NCBI GenBank assembly: GCA_030141605.1
Contig: JAQGDQ010000384.1
Span: forward strand, 87,167-151,166
DNA from: Tubiluchus corallicola
Lineage: Eukaryota > Animalia > Priapulida
Direction of reading: 5' to 3'
DNA: 64,000 nt
How positions within the stretch are numbered: the stretch's first letter is position 1; each line of letters begins with the position of its first letter. This document shows positions 43,701 to 52,792 of the stretch, in pieces. The notes below the pieces were generated by a model that did not search any database, was not told where the DNA came from, and saw nothing but the letters and a program-made list of their open reading frames with translations. Position numbers and translations under genes: made by a program.

Positions 43701-44209
43701 CTAACCTTGGTCATGGCATAGCCCAAGGCTTTCGTCTCTCTCTGAATCCCAAGTGCGGTAACAACAACATCATCGACTACAACTGATGAGGGGAGGAGTG
43801 TGATATCTATCACAGCCCTTCCGCCAATTGCAATTTCCTGAGAGGCCATGCCTAAGAAGGAGAAAACCAGTGTTTCATTGCCTTTCAGTCCTGAGATGGA
43901 GTAATTCCCGTCTATGTCGGTAATAGTACCTTGTGAGGTGCCTTTGACAATGACAGATGTTCCGGCCAAAGATTCGCCAGACTGATCTACTATATGTCCC
44001 GACACAACACTACCTTGCTGGCCTTGAAGAGCATGATAAGAAGAGGAAACACCTCTTTCAGTATTACCACCACTATCGGGGGCATAAGTTCCGGCTACCG
44101 TTTTAAAGCCAAATAGTGTTGAAAAAAGAGCTACGAGTAGCGCGGCAGAGAGTAGCCTGCCAATGTATAGGTGCTTAAACCCCCTCTTGCTTTTTTTTAA
44201 AGTGAGCAT
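40712..44209 (-). CDS. SusC/RagA TonB-dependent transporter
   Basis: VVVTALGIQR, LKGAAATALYGSRGINGAIVIKTK, RNDWSS, terminal Phe. Confidence 0.95.
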   Translation of the reverse strand: MLTLKKSKRGFKHLYIGRLLSAALLVALFSTLFGFKTVAGTYAPDSGGNTERGVSSSYHALQGQQGSVVSGHIVDQSGESLAGTSVIVKGTSQGTITDIDGNYSISGLKGNETLVFSFLGMASQEIAIGGRAVIDITLLPSSVVVDDVVVTALGIQRETKALGYAMTKVSGDDVAGVNTVNPVQALQGKSSGLSIGGSDGGLFGNSKIQLRGVSVLNSNNNQPIFVIDGVILDNSVSGESADWSSVANDFGNVLKNLNPDDYESVSVLKGAAATALYGSRGINGAIVIKTKDGKKAARGIGVKVTQSFGVDHVYGEPAIQYEYGPGTIAGYISYGEQDENGRYYKFDTNQFYTVDGVPTKINHPASSLFYGPRYDGREIVDFDGTMTTYRAYPSLMKSLYDTGWNSNTSLVLTGGSEKGSFYLSNSYNYRKGSAPRNEFTRNALLLNASYNLATWLTTEASISYTISNPKNPRSEFGSQILDGSFTSWYDVNKWRKQEVWQAPHGGRPNSDYNDQYANVPGNSKWFSLYMDEYNRREYVTRPIVRLTARLADWISVTAEGNMNYYTYDYEVKELGQGYYNEGGKYLLEQRSDVTTTGKLTANITRELSSDISASLLVGGEIWSQRIAKTKVETDGGLVVPGQFFLENSKKTIKYTGEISGTKQINSLYYLLSLTWKNQIFLDVTGRNDWSSAMVYTGGAGDYSYFYPSVSTSWVFTDSFRMPDWVSFGKTRLSWAQVGNDTGAYNINKGYSIGHFEMENGLIFTNTRNPILVDNTIKPERKNSIEAGVDARFLDNRIGFDFTYYNEAITNQIGTIPLPDESGHSDMLSNIGTLKNYGIELSVRGVPVRTGDFEWVSTFNYWNNTTMVSDLREEVANYKKLGGDTNYGNFRVGSVAFENGEYGVLLSDSKAAVTDDGEMVLTWNESYRGAYLTRSYEEEEVGKIQPDFEGSWDNSFHWKSISLSILIDARFGGHIASYSSKYGTSYGILEESLYARDAKYGGIEWTSSYADSYGQTFYDGVIPDGVFKEGTEVTTPSGSKREVGGMTYQEAYDAGYVEPTHASYWTYRNNSWSTGVVNDSWLAEVNYIALRNISIGYTMPKKWAYKAKAQNVYMALNARNLGYIYNSLPNNINPESFRGTTSTESFRERSFSPYTASYTFTISVDF

Positions 44210-44781
44210 AAATTTAAATTTTTAGTTAACATCATAATGGTAATTTTTAAATGGAGAAGTATTTTCTGGTACATGATGAGCTGCAGAGTATGAAAAGTGA
44301 GTTGTACGTTTGGCGTCGGCAGCTGTGCTGAATATTTTCATTTTTGAAGCAAAAAGTAATATTTTGCACACAATTTTTTCTATCTTGATAAAAGATCTAT
44401 TGTTTTCAGATATGCGGTTGAGTAGTAGCACTACAGTGCTGTGCTGAAATATTTCAGAGACAAAAGCGCGTATGTGTAGGACCACTTTTTCAGAGGTAGT
44501 GCATGTGCTCGTTACTCCAGTTATTTCAGCCATTTTTTTCTTCTTTTGGATCAAAAAAAAGAGAATTCCAAATATATGTATATTATTCTAAATAATTCCT
44601 AAAATTATAATATAGATTGTTTTTTATCAGATCTTCCTGTCATTTTTCATCCTGACTGCTAATATCGTATCAAATAGGTAGTTGAGAGGAATTTTTGGGC
44701 GATTGATAAAATCTTTACTATCTTTATAGTTTATCGAGCATAAGTATAACAAATCAAAACTACTTTACAATTTCAATAATT

Positions 44782-46098
44782 ATGGAAAGTGACAAAAAGA
44801 GAAGTAATATTGGACGCCGTTCATTTGTAAAAAAGACGGCCGGTGCAACCACTGTAGCGCTTACAATCCCGCATGTTGTCCCTGCCCGGGCATTTGGTGC
44901 AAATGATCGTATAAATGCGGCAGTTCTTGGTGTGAGAGGCCGGGGTAAAGATCATATCAAGGGTTTTATGGATCAGAAAAATGTTGAGGTTACCGTGTTG
45001 TGCGATCCGGATATGAATATTTGCAGGGAGCGGGCAAACGATTTTAAGAAAAAATATAATAAGGAGGTGCAGACAGTTCAGGATCTGCGCGAGGTAATGG
45101 ATGATAAGGATGTTGATGTAATAGGTGTTGCGTCGCCAAATCACTGGCATGCTCTTACAACCATTTGGGCCTGCCAGGCAGGCAAGGACGTGTATGTGGA
45201 GAAGCCTGCTTCCCATAACGTGTGGGAAGGGCGCAAGATGGTAGAGGCTGCCTACAAGTACGACCGTATTGTTCAAAACGGTGTCCAGTTGAGAAGTTCC
45301 AAAGCTATTCAAGAGGCGATAAAGCTACTTCGTGATGGTTATATCGGGAAAGTATATATGGCGCGCGGGCTGGTGTTTAGGTGGAGAGCAGATATCGGCG
45401 ATAAAGGGTTTGAGCCTATACCGGATGGTATTGATTATGATTTGTGGACAGGTCCGGCATCTATGCGCCCCTTCACCCGCAATCTGGTGCATTACAACTG
45501 GCATTGGCACTGGGATTACGGTAATGGCGATGTCGGGAACCAGGGTATTCACCAGACAGATCTCTGTATGTGGGGGCTAGATGTAGGGTTGCCTACAAAG
45601 ATTACATCAATGGGGGGCAAGTTTCTGTGGGATGATTGCAAGGAGGTGCCCGAAGTGCAGACCTCTATTTACCATTATCCGGAAAAACAAAAGATCATCC
45701 AGTTTGAAGTACGCCACTGGTGTACAAACGCGGAAGATGGAGCATCTGTTGGCAATATTTTTTACGGAGATAAAGGCTACATGGTAATAAAGGGGTACGA
45801 TACATATGAGACATATCTCGGTAAGGACAAGACCCCCGGTAAAAAGAACACCGCTGGAGGAGATCATTATAAGAATTTTATTGATGCTGTGAGGGCACAT
45901 GACAGAACAATACTCAACGGCTCGGTAAAGTCGGCCCATGAGTCATCAGCTCTTGCTCACCTTGGAAATATTGCATACAGACTGGGGCGGGTACTTACGT
46001 TTAACCCCCAGTCGGAAAAGTTTGTGAATGATCCGGAAGCAAACAGCATGCTGACTCGCAACTACCGCGCACCCTATGTAGTGCCGGATAAGGTGTAG
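44782..46098 (+). CDS. Gfo/Idh/MocA family oxidoreductase with Tat signal
   Basis: GRRSFVK twin-arginine motif, GVRGRG, SPNHWH, GKDVYVEKP. Confidence 0.93.
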   Translation: MESDKKRSNIGRRSFVKKTAGATTVALTIPHVVPARAFGANDRINAAVLGVRGRGKDHIKGFMDQKNVEVTVLCDPDMNICRERANDFKKKYNKEVQTVQDLREVMDDKDVDVIGVASPNHWHALTTIWACQAGKDVYVEKPASHNVWEGRKMVEAAYKYDRIVQNGVQLRSSKAIQEAIKLLRDGYIGKVYMARGLVFRWRADIGDKGFEPIPDGIDYDLWTGPASMRPFTRNLVHYNWHWHWDYGNGDVGNQGIHQTDLCMWGLDVGLPTKITSMGGKFLWDDCKEVPEVQTSIYHYPEKQKIIQFEVRHWCTNAEDGASVGNIFYGDKGYMVIKGYDTYETYLGKDKTPGKKNTAGGDHYKNFIDAVRAHDRTILNGSVKSAHESSALAHLGNIAYRLGRVLTFNPQSEKFVNDPEANSMLTRNYRAPYVVPDKV

Positions 46099-46102
46099 AA
46101 CC

Positions 46103-46210
46103 GGGCCTTGACAGGATAAGAGAGCTTGGGCCACACTGAGAGGAAGCGATGAAAGATTTCATCCCACTCCCGTAAGTGGGGATTCTGAAAAGGGTCTTCA
46201 CGGAACTATT
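46103..46210 (-). repeat. Degenerate dispersed intergenic repeat, copy E (reverse, partial)
   Basis: Reverse complement cccttttcagaatccccacttac...tcctgtcaaggccc matches the core of copy A. Confidence 0.45.
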
Positions 46211-46221
46211 AAGTAGTAAAG

Positions 46222-47454
46222 ATGCATTTAAAAGTAAATTCAATCCTTTATTTAGCTATAGGGAAATTAGCAGTCTTAGTGATAGTGCTTACCGGTACAT
46301 CCTCCTCCTGCAAGAAGGAGAGTAATAACACCTCGCCGGGCTATCTCTACACTATTGTTGGAACAGGGGTGAAAGATTCTTACAGCGACGCTGCCAAGAT
46401 ACCCTCTCCTTCCGAAGGTGATGCTTTTTACGGGCAGGATGCAAGTTATCAATACGGTATACCCTCTTATAGTGATAACGGTGATGGCACAGTAACAGAT
46501 AATATTACGGGCCTGACGTGGCAAAAAGATATGGGGGGTAAAGTAACTTTTGCCGAAGCGCTGTCAGGTGCTTCTTCTACTACTTTAGGGGGGCATTCCG
46601 ACTGGAGAATGCCCAGTATTAAAGAGTTATATTCACTTATCCTGTTTACAGGCACTACGGGAAAGAGCGAAAGTAACTCTATCCCTTATATTGATACTGA
46701 CTATTTTTCACAACCATTTGGGGATGAAAGTGTAGGTGAGCGGTTTATTGATGCCCAAACGTGGTCGGCCACTGAGTATGTGGGTAGGACTATGAATGGT
46801 GATGAAACCATATTTGGAGTAAATTTTATTGATGGCAGAATTAAAGGTTATCCAAAATATAAGCCGGGAACTTCGGAAGGGTATAAGTTGTACGCCCGAT
46901 ATGTAAGGGGGAATAGTGAATACGGCAAAAACAGCTTTGTTGATAATGGAGATGGCACTATCTCTGACCTTGCTACGGGGCTGATGTGGCAAAAAGCAGA
47001 TAACGGGAATACATATAATTGGGAGGATGCTTTGGAGTATGCCACAAGCCTTGTACTTGCAGGGTATGAAGAGTGGAGATTGCCAAGTGCAAAAGAGCTG
47101 CATAGTATTGTGGATTACACAAAGTCGCCTCAAACAACTAGTTCAGCAGCAATAAGCTCTCTATTTTTCACAACAGAGATTACAGATCCAGACGGGAATG
47201 CCGGGCAGTACCCCTATTTCTGGACGGGAACTACACATTTAGATCCTGTCGGGAATTACTCCTACGCTGTATATTTCGCATTTGGAGAGGCTCAGGGCAA
47301 AATGAATGATAAGCTTATGGATGTACACGGAGCGGGAGCACAGCGAAGCGACCCAAAGTCAGGGGAGAAAGATGACTACCCTCAGTTTTTTGGACCTCAA
47401 GGCGATGTCAGATATGTTTTTAATTATGTGAGATGCGTCAGAAACATTAATTAG
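46222..47454 (+). CDS. Lipoprotein with two DUF1566 (Lcl C-terminal) domains
   Basis: Twice DNGDGT..D..TGL.WQK and WR.PS.KEL.S; ends NYVRCVR; lipobox SSSC. Confidence 0.9.
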   Translation: MHLKVNSILYLAIGKLAVLVIVLTGTSSSCKKESNNTSPGYLYTIVGTGVKDSYSDAAKIPSPSEGDAFYGQDASYQYGIPSYSDNGDGTVTDNITGLTWQKDMGGKVTFAEALSGASSTTLGGHSDWRMPSIKELYSLILFTGTTGKSESNSIPYIDTDYFSQPFGDESVGERFIDAQTWSATEYVGRTMNGDETIFGVNFIDGRIKGYPKYKPGTSEGYKLYARYVRGNSEYGKNSFVDNGDGTISDLATGLMWQKADNGNTYNWEDALEYATSLVLAGYEEWRLPSAKELHSIVDYTKSPQTTSSAAISSLFFTTEITDPDGNAGQYPYFWTGTTHLDPVGNYSYAVYFAFGEAQGKMNDKLMDVHGAGAQRSDPKSGEKDDYPQFFGPQGDVRYVFNYVRCVRNIN

Positions 47455-48068
47455 TAGTCCCCTGGGAGTTAATTTTTGTTGAGATAAAATTTTACTATTT
47501 GTATATTTTGATCCGGCATACAATAAATCCCTCCCGGAGGCTTAAAAAAGTGTCCCAGTTGTTTTTGATGTTGCGCATTCTTGGTACAAAAGAGGCAAAA
47601 TTCAAGCCTGTAAAGGGTTTTGTTAATGCTCATCTTCTCTTGACACAAAAAGAACAAAAAAATCAAGCCTGTAGATGCTTTTGATGAAGAGCTACGCTGT
47701 CGGGTTCGCTATCTTCTCAAAACCCTCCTTTTGATAAAAGGCTCAGATAGTGAGAAGGCTCTTTCGCTACTCCCTTCGCTTTTTTTCTATCAAAATCATT
47801 TAAGGGCAGTTTTCTCTATTTCGCAGAGCTTGTAAGGTTCGTTTGATTTTGTTTTGACAATTTTTCTATCTCAATCTGCAAGGCTTTGCGTGAAAGTTGC
47901 AATAATCCTTGCAGTTTAGATCACTACAATTCGCCACGTTTTAGTTCTATATAATATAAAGTTAAATAAGCGGAGTTTAACTTAAGGAATGACTAAAATA
48001 ATAGGAGCAATATAGGCGCTTTCCGGGGTCACAGCCTATCTCTTTAAGGAACAGCAAGTACAGCCTGT

Positions 48069-48983
48069 TTATAAAACCCCTGATCTAATCAGCTTATTAA
48101 TGTTGTGTACAAGAAGTTCCCGCTCTCTGCCGGAGACCTGATGCAAAGGTAGAGCCATATAATCACTCTTTATTACACCCATCTCTACCAATGCCACCTT
48201 AAAACTCATTGTTGTACGTGCAGTACTGCTTCCTGTATTGTACATCAACTGATGCATGCTCACCAACTGCCCTCTATATTTTGCAATTGCGGACATATCC
48301 TTTTTTAATGAAGCATCGTAGAGTTTAGTGAACAGCCTGGGAAATACATTTGCTCCACCAGTAACGGCACCATCCCCGCCATTCAGTATTGTCTCAGAAA
48401 GAAATAGTTCACTACCGGTAAAAACAGAAAATCCCGAACTATTGCGAAACTCTTCAATAATATCATACAAAAGAGCGAGGTCCCCCGAGCTGTCTTTTAT
48501 CCCTATAGCCCCAAGCTCTTCGGCACGCTTAATAACGCTTATATCCATATTCATCTTGGTGTGCGTTGGCATATTGTAAAGTAAAAACGGGAGAGACAAC
48601 CTGGAGGAGATATACTCCAGGTAGCCCGTCATCTCATCTCTGTCTATCGGATAATAGTACGGGGGAGTAAAAACCACCCCGTCTGCTCCCAAGTCTTTGC
48701 AATACCCTGCCATATCCAATGAGCTCGCCACCGAAGTATCGGAAATGGCCACCAAAATAGGTACCCGCCCCTTTATCTGCTCACAGGCAATATTCAAAAA
48801 CTCTTTTCGCAAAGCGTAGCTCAGACTAGGCGCTTCACCATTTGTGCCAAGCAAAAACAGTCCGTGAACCCCCCCCTCAATTAAGTGCTCAACCACATTG
48901 GCAACCCCATCCTTGTCCAGGGACTCATATCCCGTAAGTGGGGTTATTACAGGAGGGTATATCCCCTTTACCAATAACTCCAT
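48069..48983 (-). CDS. Dihydrodipicolinate synthase/N-acetylneuraminate lyase family aldolase
   Basis: GI.PPVITP, GTNGE, PPYYY, LYNMP, Schiff-base motif GIKDSSGD. Confidence 0.9.
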   Translation of the reverse strand: MELLVKGIYPPVITPLTGYESLDKDGVANVVEHLIEGGVHGLFLLGTNGEAPSLSYALRKEFLNIACEQIKGRVPILVAISDTSVASSLDMAGYCKDLGADGVVFTPPYYYPIDRDEMTGYLEYISSRLSLPFLLYNMPTHTKMNMDISVIKRAEELGAIGIKDSSGDLALLYDIIEEFRNSSGFSVFTGSELFLSETILNGGDGAVTGGANVFPRLFTKLYDASLKKDMSAIAKYRGQLVSMHQLMYNTGSSTARTTMSFKVALVEMGVIKSDYMALPLHQVSGRERELLVHNINKLIRSGVL

Positions 48984-49249
48984 AGTTTTTTATATAAAAT
49001 TAAAACGAGTGGGGCGGGCACACCCCTTCTTGTAAAGCTACATTAAAAGCCATTACCACTCCCTATGCCCTTGATAAATAACAGAGCTTAGCAGTGTATA
49101 GCTAGCCTGCCTTCAGCTACATACAAATGTAATTCAAAAAATTTTACCCCGCAGAGCAAGGCCTTAAAAAAATATGCATTTTTCATAAACACACTCTTAA
49201 CTATTTGGAGTTCTGTCCATTTTTTTATAATATTTGTAAAACTAAAAAA

Positions 49250-50536
49250 ATGAGCTATAACTTACACCGCGCATACCGGATCTGTCTGGGTATTTTTTTC
49301 CTCTCTCTTCTTACCTGCTGCCAACAGACCCCCCCACAGGCAAACGACCCGACAGAGACCCCCGACAGGATAGTGCTGACCCTCGCGGAAAACCCCACTA
49401 CTTCGGTAGCTGTAACATGGCGTACAAAAACCTCCGTTACTTCGGGCCACTGTGAGCTACAGGAAGAAACAGGCACACGCGTAGATAATAAAAATACGAG
49501 GACTTTTGAAGCGAAGACCACAACAGTTATTTACACGGAGGAGAGACGGGATACCCACGCAAATCAACACTCATGTGTGATTACCGGTCTTACCCCCGGC
49601 AAAAAGTATATTTACCGTGTAGGCAGTGAAAATAACTGGAGTGAATGGTTTCAGTTTGACACTCCGGACACAGACAGTAGCAGGTTCTCTTTCATCTATT
49701 TTGGCGATCCACAAACCAGCCTGAGGGAGGAGTGGGCAAGAGTTATACGTAGAGCATACCGAGAAGCTCCCGACTGCGGATTTATGCTGTATGCAGGAGA
49801 TATCATAAACAGAGCCGGCAAAGACAGTGAGTGGCATGAGTTTTTTCATGCCGGCTCATACATATACGCTACCGTACCACAGCTAATGACCCCCGGCAAT
49901 CATGACTATAAAGGGCTTATGCTCGACCCACACTGGAACCTGCAATTCACCTTCCCCACAAACGGGCCTCCCTCCCTTCCGGGAACATGCTATTATGTAG
50001 ACTATAAGAACCTGAAGGTTATATCTATTGATTCGGCAGCAGACAATGAACTCAGAAAAGAAGGAGGAACAGCACTTAACGATCAAAAAGAGTGGTTAGA
50101 TACGGTGCTCTCTCAAAATAGTAAAGAGTGGGTAATAGTTACCACTCACCTACCCTTCTACTCTACTAAAAAAAACCGGGATAATAAGCGTTTAAGAAAG
50201 CACCTTCAGCCAATACTGGAAAAGCATGGAGTGGATATTGTGCTCACAGGGCATGACCACGCGTATGGACGGGGCAAAGCATCAGATACTCCCGGCAGCT
50301 CTCACTCCCCTGTTTATGTAGTCTCCGTAAGCGGACCAAAACTTTATCCTACAGGAGAAAGAGAGTGGATGACAAAAAGCGTATCACACACCATGATGTA
50401 CCAAGTGGTATCCATACACGGCAGCCTGCTCTCTTTTAAAGCGTTTTCTGTAACAGGAGAGATAGTTGACAAATTTGAATTGAGGAAAAATAGAGACGGA
50501 CAAAATATACTTGCCGAGCTACCGAATACAGAGTAA
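49250..50536 (+). CDS. Purple acid phosphatase-like metallophosphoesterase (FN3 + metallophos), probable lipoprotein
   Basis: GDPQ, AGD, PGNHD, H.P.YS and GHDHAYGR motifs; FN3 GLTPGKKYIYRVG. Confidence 0.9.
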   Translation: MSYNLHRAYRICLGIFFLSLLTCCQQTPPQANDPTETPDRIVLTLAENPTTSVAVTWRTKTSVTSGHCELQEETGTRVDNKNTRTFEAKTTTVIYTEERRDTHANQHSCVITGLTPGKKYIYRVGSENNWSEWFQFDTPDTDSSRFSFIYFGDPQTSLREEWARVIRRAYREAPDCGFMLYAGDIINRAGKDSEWHEFFHAGSYIYATVPQLMTPGNHDYKGLMLDPHWNLQFTFPTNGPPSLPGTCYYVDYKNLKVISIDSAADNELRKEGGTALNDQKEWLDTVLSQNSKEWVIVTTHLPFYSTKKNRDNKRLRKHLQPILEKHGVDIVLTGHDHAYGRGKASDTPGSSHSPVYVVSVSGPKLYPTGEREWMTKSVSHTMMYQVVSIHGSLLSFKAFSVTGEIVDKFELRKNRDGQNILAELPNTE

Positions 50537-50708
50537 AAAGCTTATCGAATGTTTCCCTCCAGACTACACACTCTCCCAGCTACTCACCTGGTTTTTGAGG
50601 GAAATAAACCATAACCAGATCAAATAATAATAGAAATTCCGATCTATTTTAATTTAACAAAAAATCCAAATATTTAAGCTGCAAAGAGCTGTTTGGAGAG
50701 TAAAATTG
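50395..50708 (+). repeat. About 300-bp diverged direct repeat, copy 1 (phosphatase 3' end + downstream spacer)
   Basis: gatgtacca..ggtatccatacacggcagcctgctctcttttaaagcgttttctgtaac... recurs at 54750-55050. Confidence 0.9.
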
Positions 50709-50888
50709 AGCACTATCTCATAAACAGTGTAAATAGAAAATACCGAGGGTTGCAACCCTCGGTATTTTTTTAGTTTACACACTTTGTGAAACAGTGTCAA
50801 AGTATGATTCTGACAACACTTTGGGGAGAAAGTGCATATATGCTGAGCTTTAGATCGACACTATTTACACTGTTTATGAGATAGTGCT
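50709..50888. mobile_element. MITE-like 180-bp element with perfect 28-bp terminal inverted repeats
   Basis: agcactatctcataaacagtgtaaatag (50709-50736) and its exact reverse complement (50861-50888); internal hairpin aaaataccgagggttgcaaccctcggtatttt; non-coding. Confidence 0.8.
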
Positions 50889-50951
50889 GCTCATTTGCAT
50901 TTGAGACAGCCTCTCTTGTAGTGTTATTTTGTTTTAGTTACCCTGCCCCTG

Positions 50952-52664
50952 TCAGTTGAGAACAGGCCATTGACCATCATCCAGCCACTTCCAGGTTTTA
51001 GTGTCATCGTCACTAATAGCCCAATCTACAAAAACATTTGTAGTGCCGTTGCCATCTTCTTCTTTATCAATATATTCTTCTCCATCTTTCACCAGGTAAT
51101 CTCCTGAGGAAACACCCGTCCCTCCAGCAGAACCACTTTGCCCTGTACTGGCTATATCCCAGTAGCTGTTGATATCAGTAGTAATATCTTCATAGTTATA
51201 CCCCACCAGACCGCCAACATAATCAGCACCATCCGGAGCATTAACATTCCCCGTTGCATAACAGTTGGTAATTTTATCACCACTACTGCTATACCCCACC
51301 AGACCGCCAACACGACCATCACTACCTCCCGTAACACTCCCCGTTGCATAACAGTTGGTAATAGTCATCTCAGAACGACCACCTTTCCTCCCCACCAGAC
51401 CACCAACATTTTTATCTCCCGTAACACTCCCCGTTGCATAACTGTTGGTAATAGTGTCAGCATTAAAATACCCCACCAAACCGCCGACATCAGTCACTCC
51501 CGTAACACTCCCCGTTGCATAACAGCTGGTAATAGTACTAGTAAAAGCGTTATCCCCCAACAGACCGCCGACTTTATCCTTTCCCTTAACATCTCCCTTT
51601 ACATAACAGTTGGTAATAGTGACATAGTCGGTTGACCCCGCCAGACCGCCAGTATAAAGTCCTCCTGTGATACTATCCTTTGATATCTCTATACCAACAT
51701 CTTTGATGACTGCGTTGTTAGAAGCATCACCAGAAGCATAACCAAACAAACCTACAAAATTAATACTAGTCCTTTTTATAAAAAGGTTTCTTATCACATA
51801 GCCTCCTCCATCAAATACGCCTGAAAACTTACCATCAGTCTGATTCTCACCTATAGGGAGAAAACCCTCTTCAGGAAGCTCCTCCGGGAAATCACCTCCT
51901 GCTTGTGAGGGGTCAGGCAGCTCTATATCATTCATCAATTCGTATGCACCGCTTAAATCATATTGCATGCCCTGTAAATCCTGCCAACTCCTTATACTAT
52001 ACTGCTCTTTGGTTATGTCATGGTCAGATTCATTGGAATCGCCATCTACTGGTGATATGGCCAGTTGAATAGTAATAGGACCATCACCTATAGAAGCCCA
52101 TTTTGAAATAGGAAGCCCACCTATTGTTCCTGTTCCTTCTGTTGCTGTTACCGTACCCCCTCCCGCATCTTCGCCTGCTATTTTCAATGTGTATAAATAA
52201 TCTCCATCTTCTATAAAATCACTTATCTCAAACAAATCAGGCTTCTCAAAGTCGCCTGCTCCTATACGATTACCCCCTTCATAATAACTCACAGCTCGCA
52301 AAGAGATTGATGATGATACAATTACTGTATAATCCTGGCTGCTGCCATCTTCAGCTATTACAGTATAAGTTACTGCATCTGTGAAGTCTTGCGGGTCTCC
52401 ACTCTTCCGAGTTACACTGGCTTTATCTGATACTTCTATGCTAGGGGTCAATGGTTTTAACTCTGTACCATCAGGCAACCTTACAGTAATAGTAGTCCCT
52501 AAAATATCTCCCCTATAATCTTTTTCCAATAGATCATTTTTCTCTGCCTCAAAAACAAAAAGCGTTATCTCGTTTTCATTAGAAGAGGTTGAGTCGTCCT
52601 TAGTACAACCCAATAAAAAAATAAAGCCGAATAACAATGTAGCGAATTTCAATATTCTTGTCAT
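50952..52664 (-). CDS. Surface lipoprotein: one DUF5018-like Ig domain + GLUG-repeat head
   Basis: Lipobox LLGC-TKDD, YTVIAEDGS, KEQYSIRSWQDLQG, repeated VGGLVG..ITNCYATGSV. Confidence 0.88.
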   Translation of the reverse strand: MTRILKFATLLFGFIFLLGCTKDDSTSSNENEITLFVFEAEKNDLLEKDYRGDILGTTITVRLPDGTELKPLTPSIEVSDKASVTRKSGDPQDFTDAVTYTVIAEDGSSQDYTVIVSSSISLRAVSYYEGGNRIGAGDFEKPDLFEISDFIEDGDYLYTLKIAGEDAGGGTVTATEGTGTIGGLPISKWASIGDGPITIQLAISPVDGDSNESDHDITKEQYSIRSWQDLQGMQYDLSGAYELMNDIELPDPSQAGGDFPEELPEEGFLPIGENQTDGKFSGVFDGGGYVIRNLFIKRTSINFVGLFGYASGDASNNAVIKDVGIEISKDSITGGLYTGGLAGSTDYVTITNCYVKGDVKGKDKVGGLLGDNAFTSTITSCYATGSVTGVTDVGGLVGYFNADTITNSYATGSVTGDKNVGGLVGRKGGRSEMTITNCYATGSVTGGSDGRVGGLVGYSSSGDKITNCYATGNVNAPDGADYVGGLVGYNYEDITTDINSYWDIASTGQSGSAGGTGVSSGDYLVKDGEEYIDKEEDGNGTTNVFVDWAISDDDTKTWKWLDDGQWPVLN

Positions 52665-52792
52665 AATTCTTATCTGTTATTAAAATTTAACTTAAGTTCT
52701 TTTTCATATAATCTAATATGCAAATTTGCAGCACGGATTCAAGTGTATTATTAGCAGTATCTATTGTTTTCTTTTGTCCCTCGTCTTCTTAA

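Noticed and set aside
44222-44554. 110-aa ORF upstream of SusC
   Set aside because: Weak start in a poly-A/T divergent promoter region and no motifs; probably spurious.
46222-47454. DUF1566 lipoprotein as a DGR target
   Set aside because: The fold class can be a DGR target, but I saw no template repeat or RT here; a remote DGR cannot be excluded.
50709-50888. Invertible promoter switch
   Set aside because: It lies between two convergent 3' ends with no recombinase nearby; a MITE fits better.
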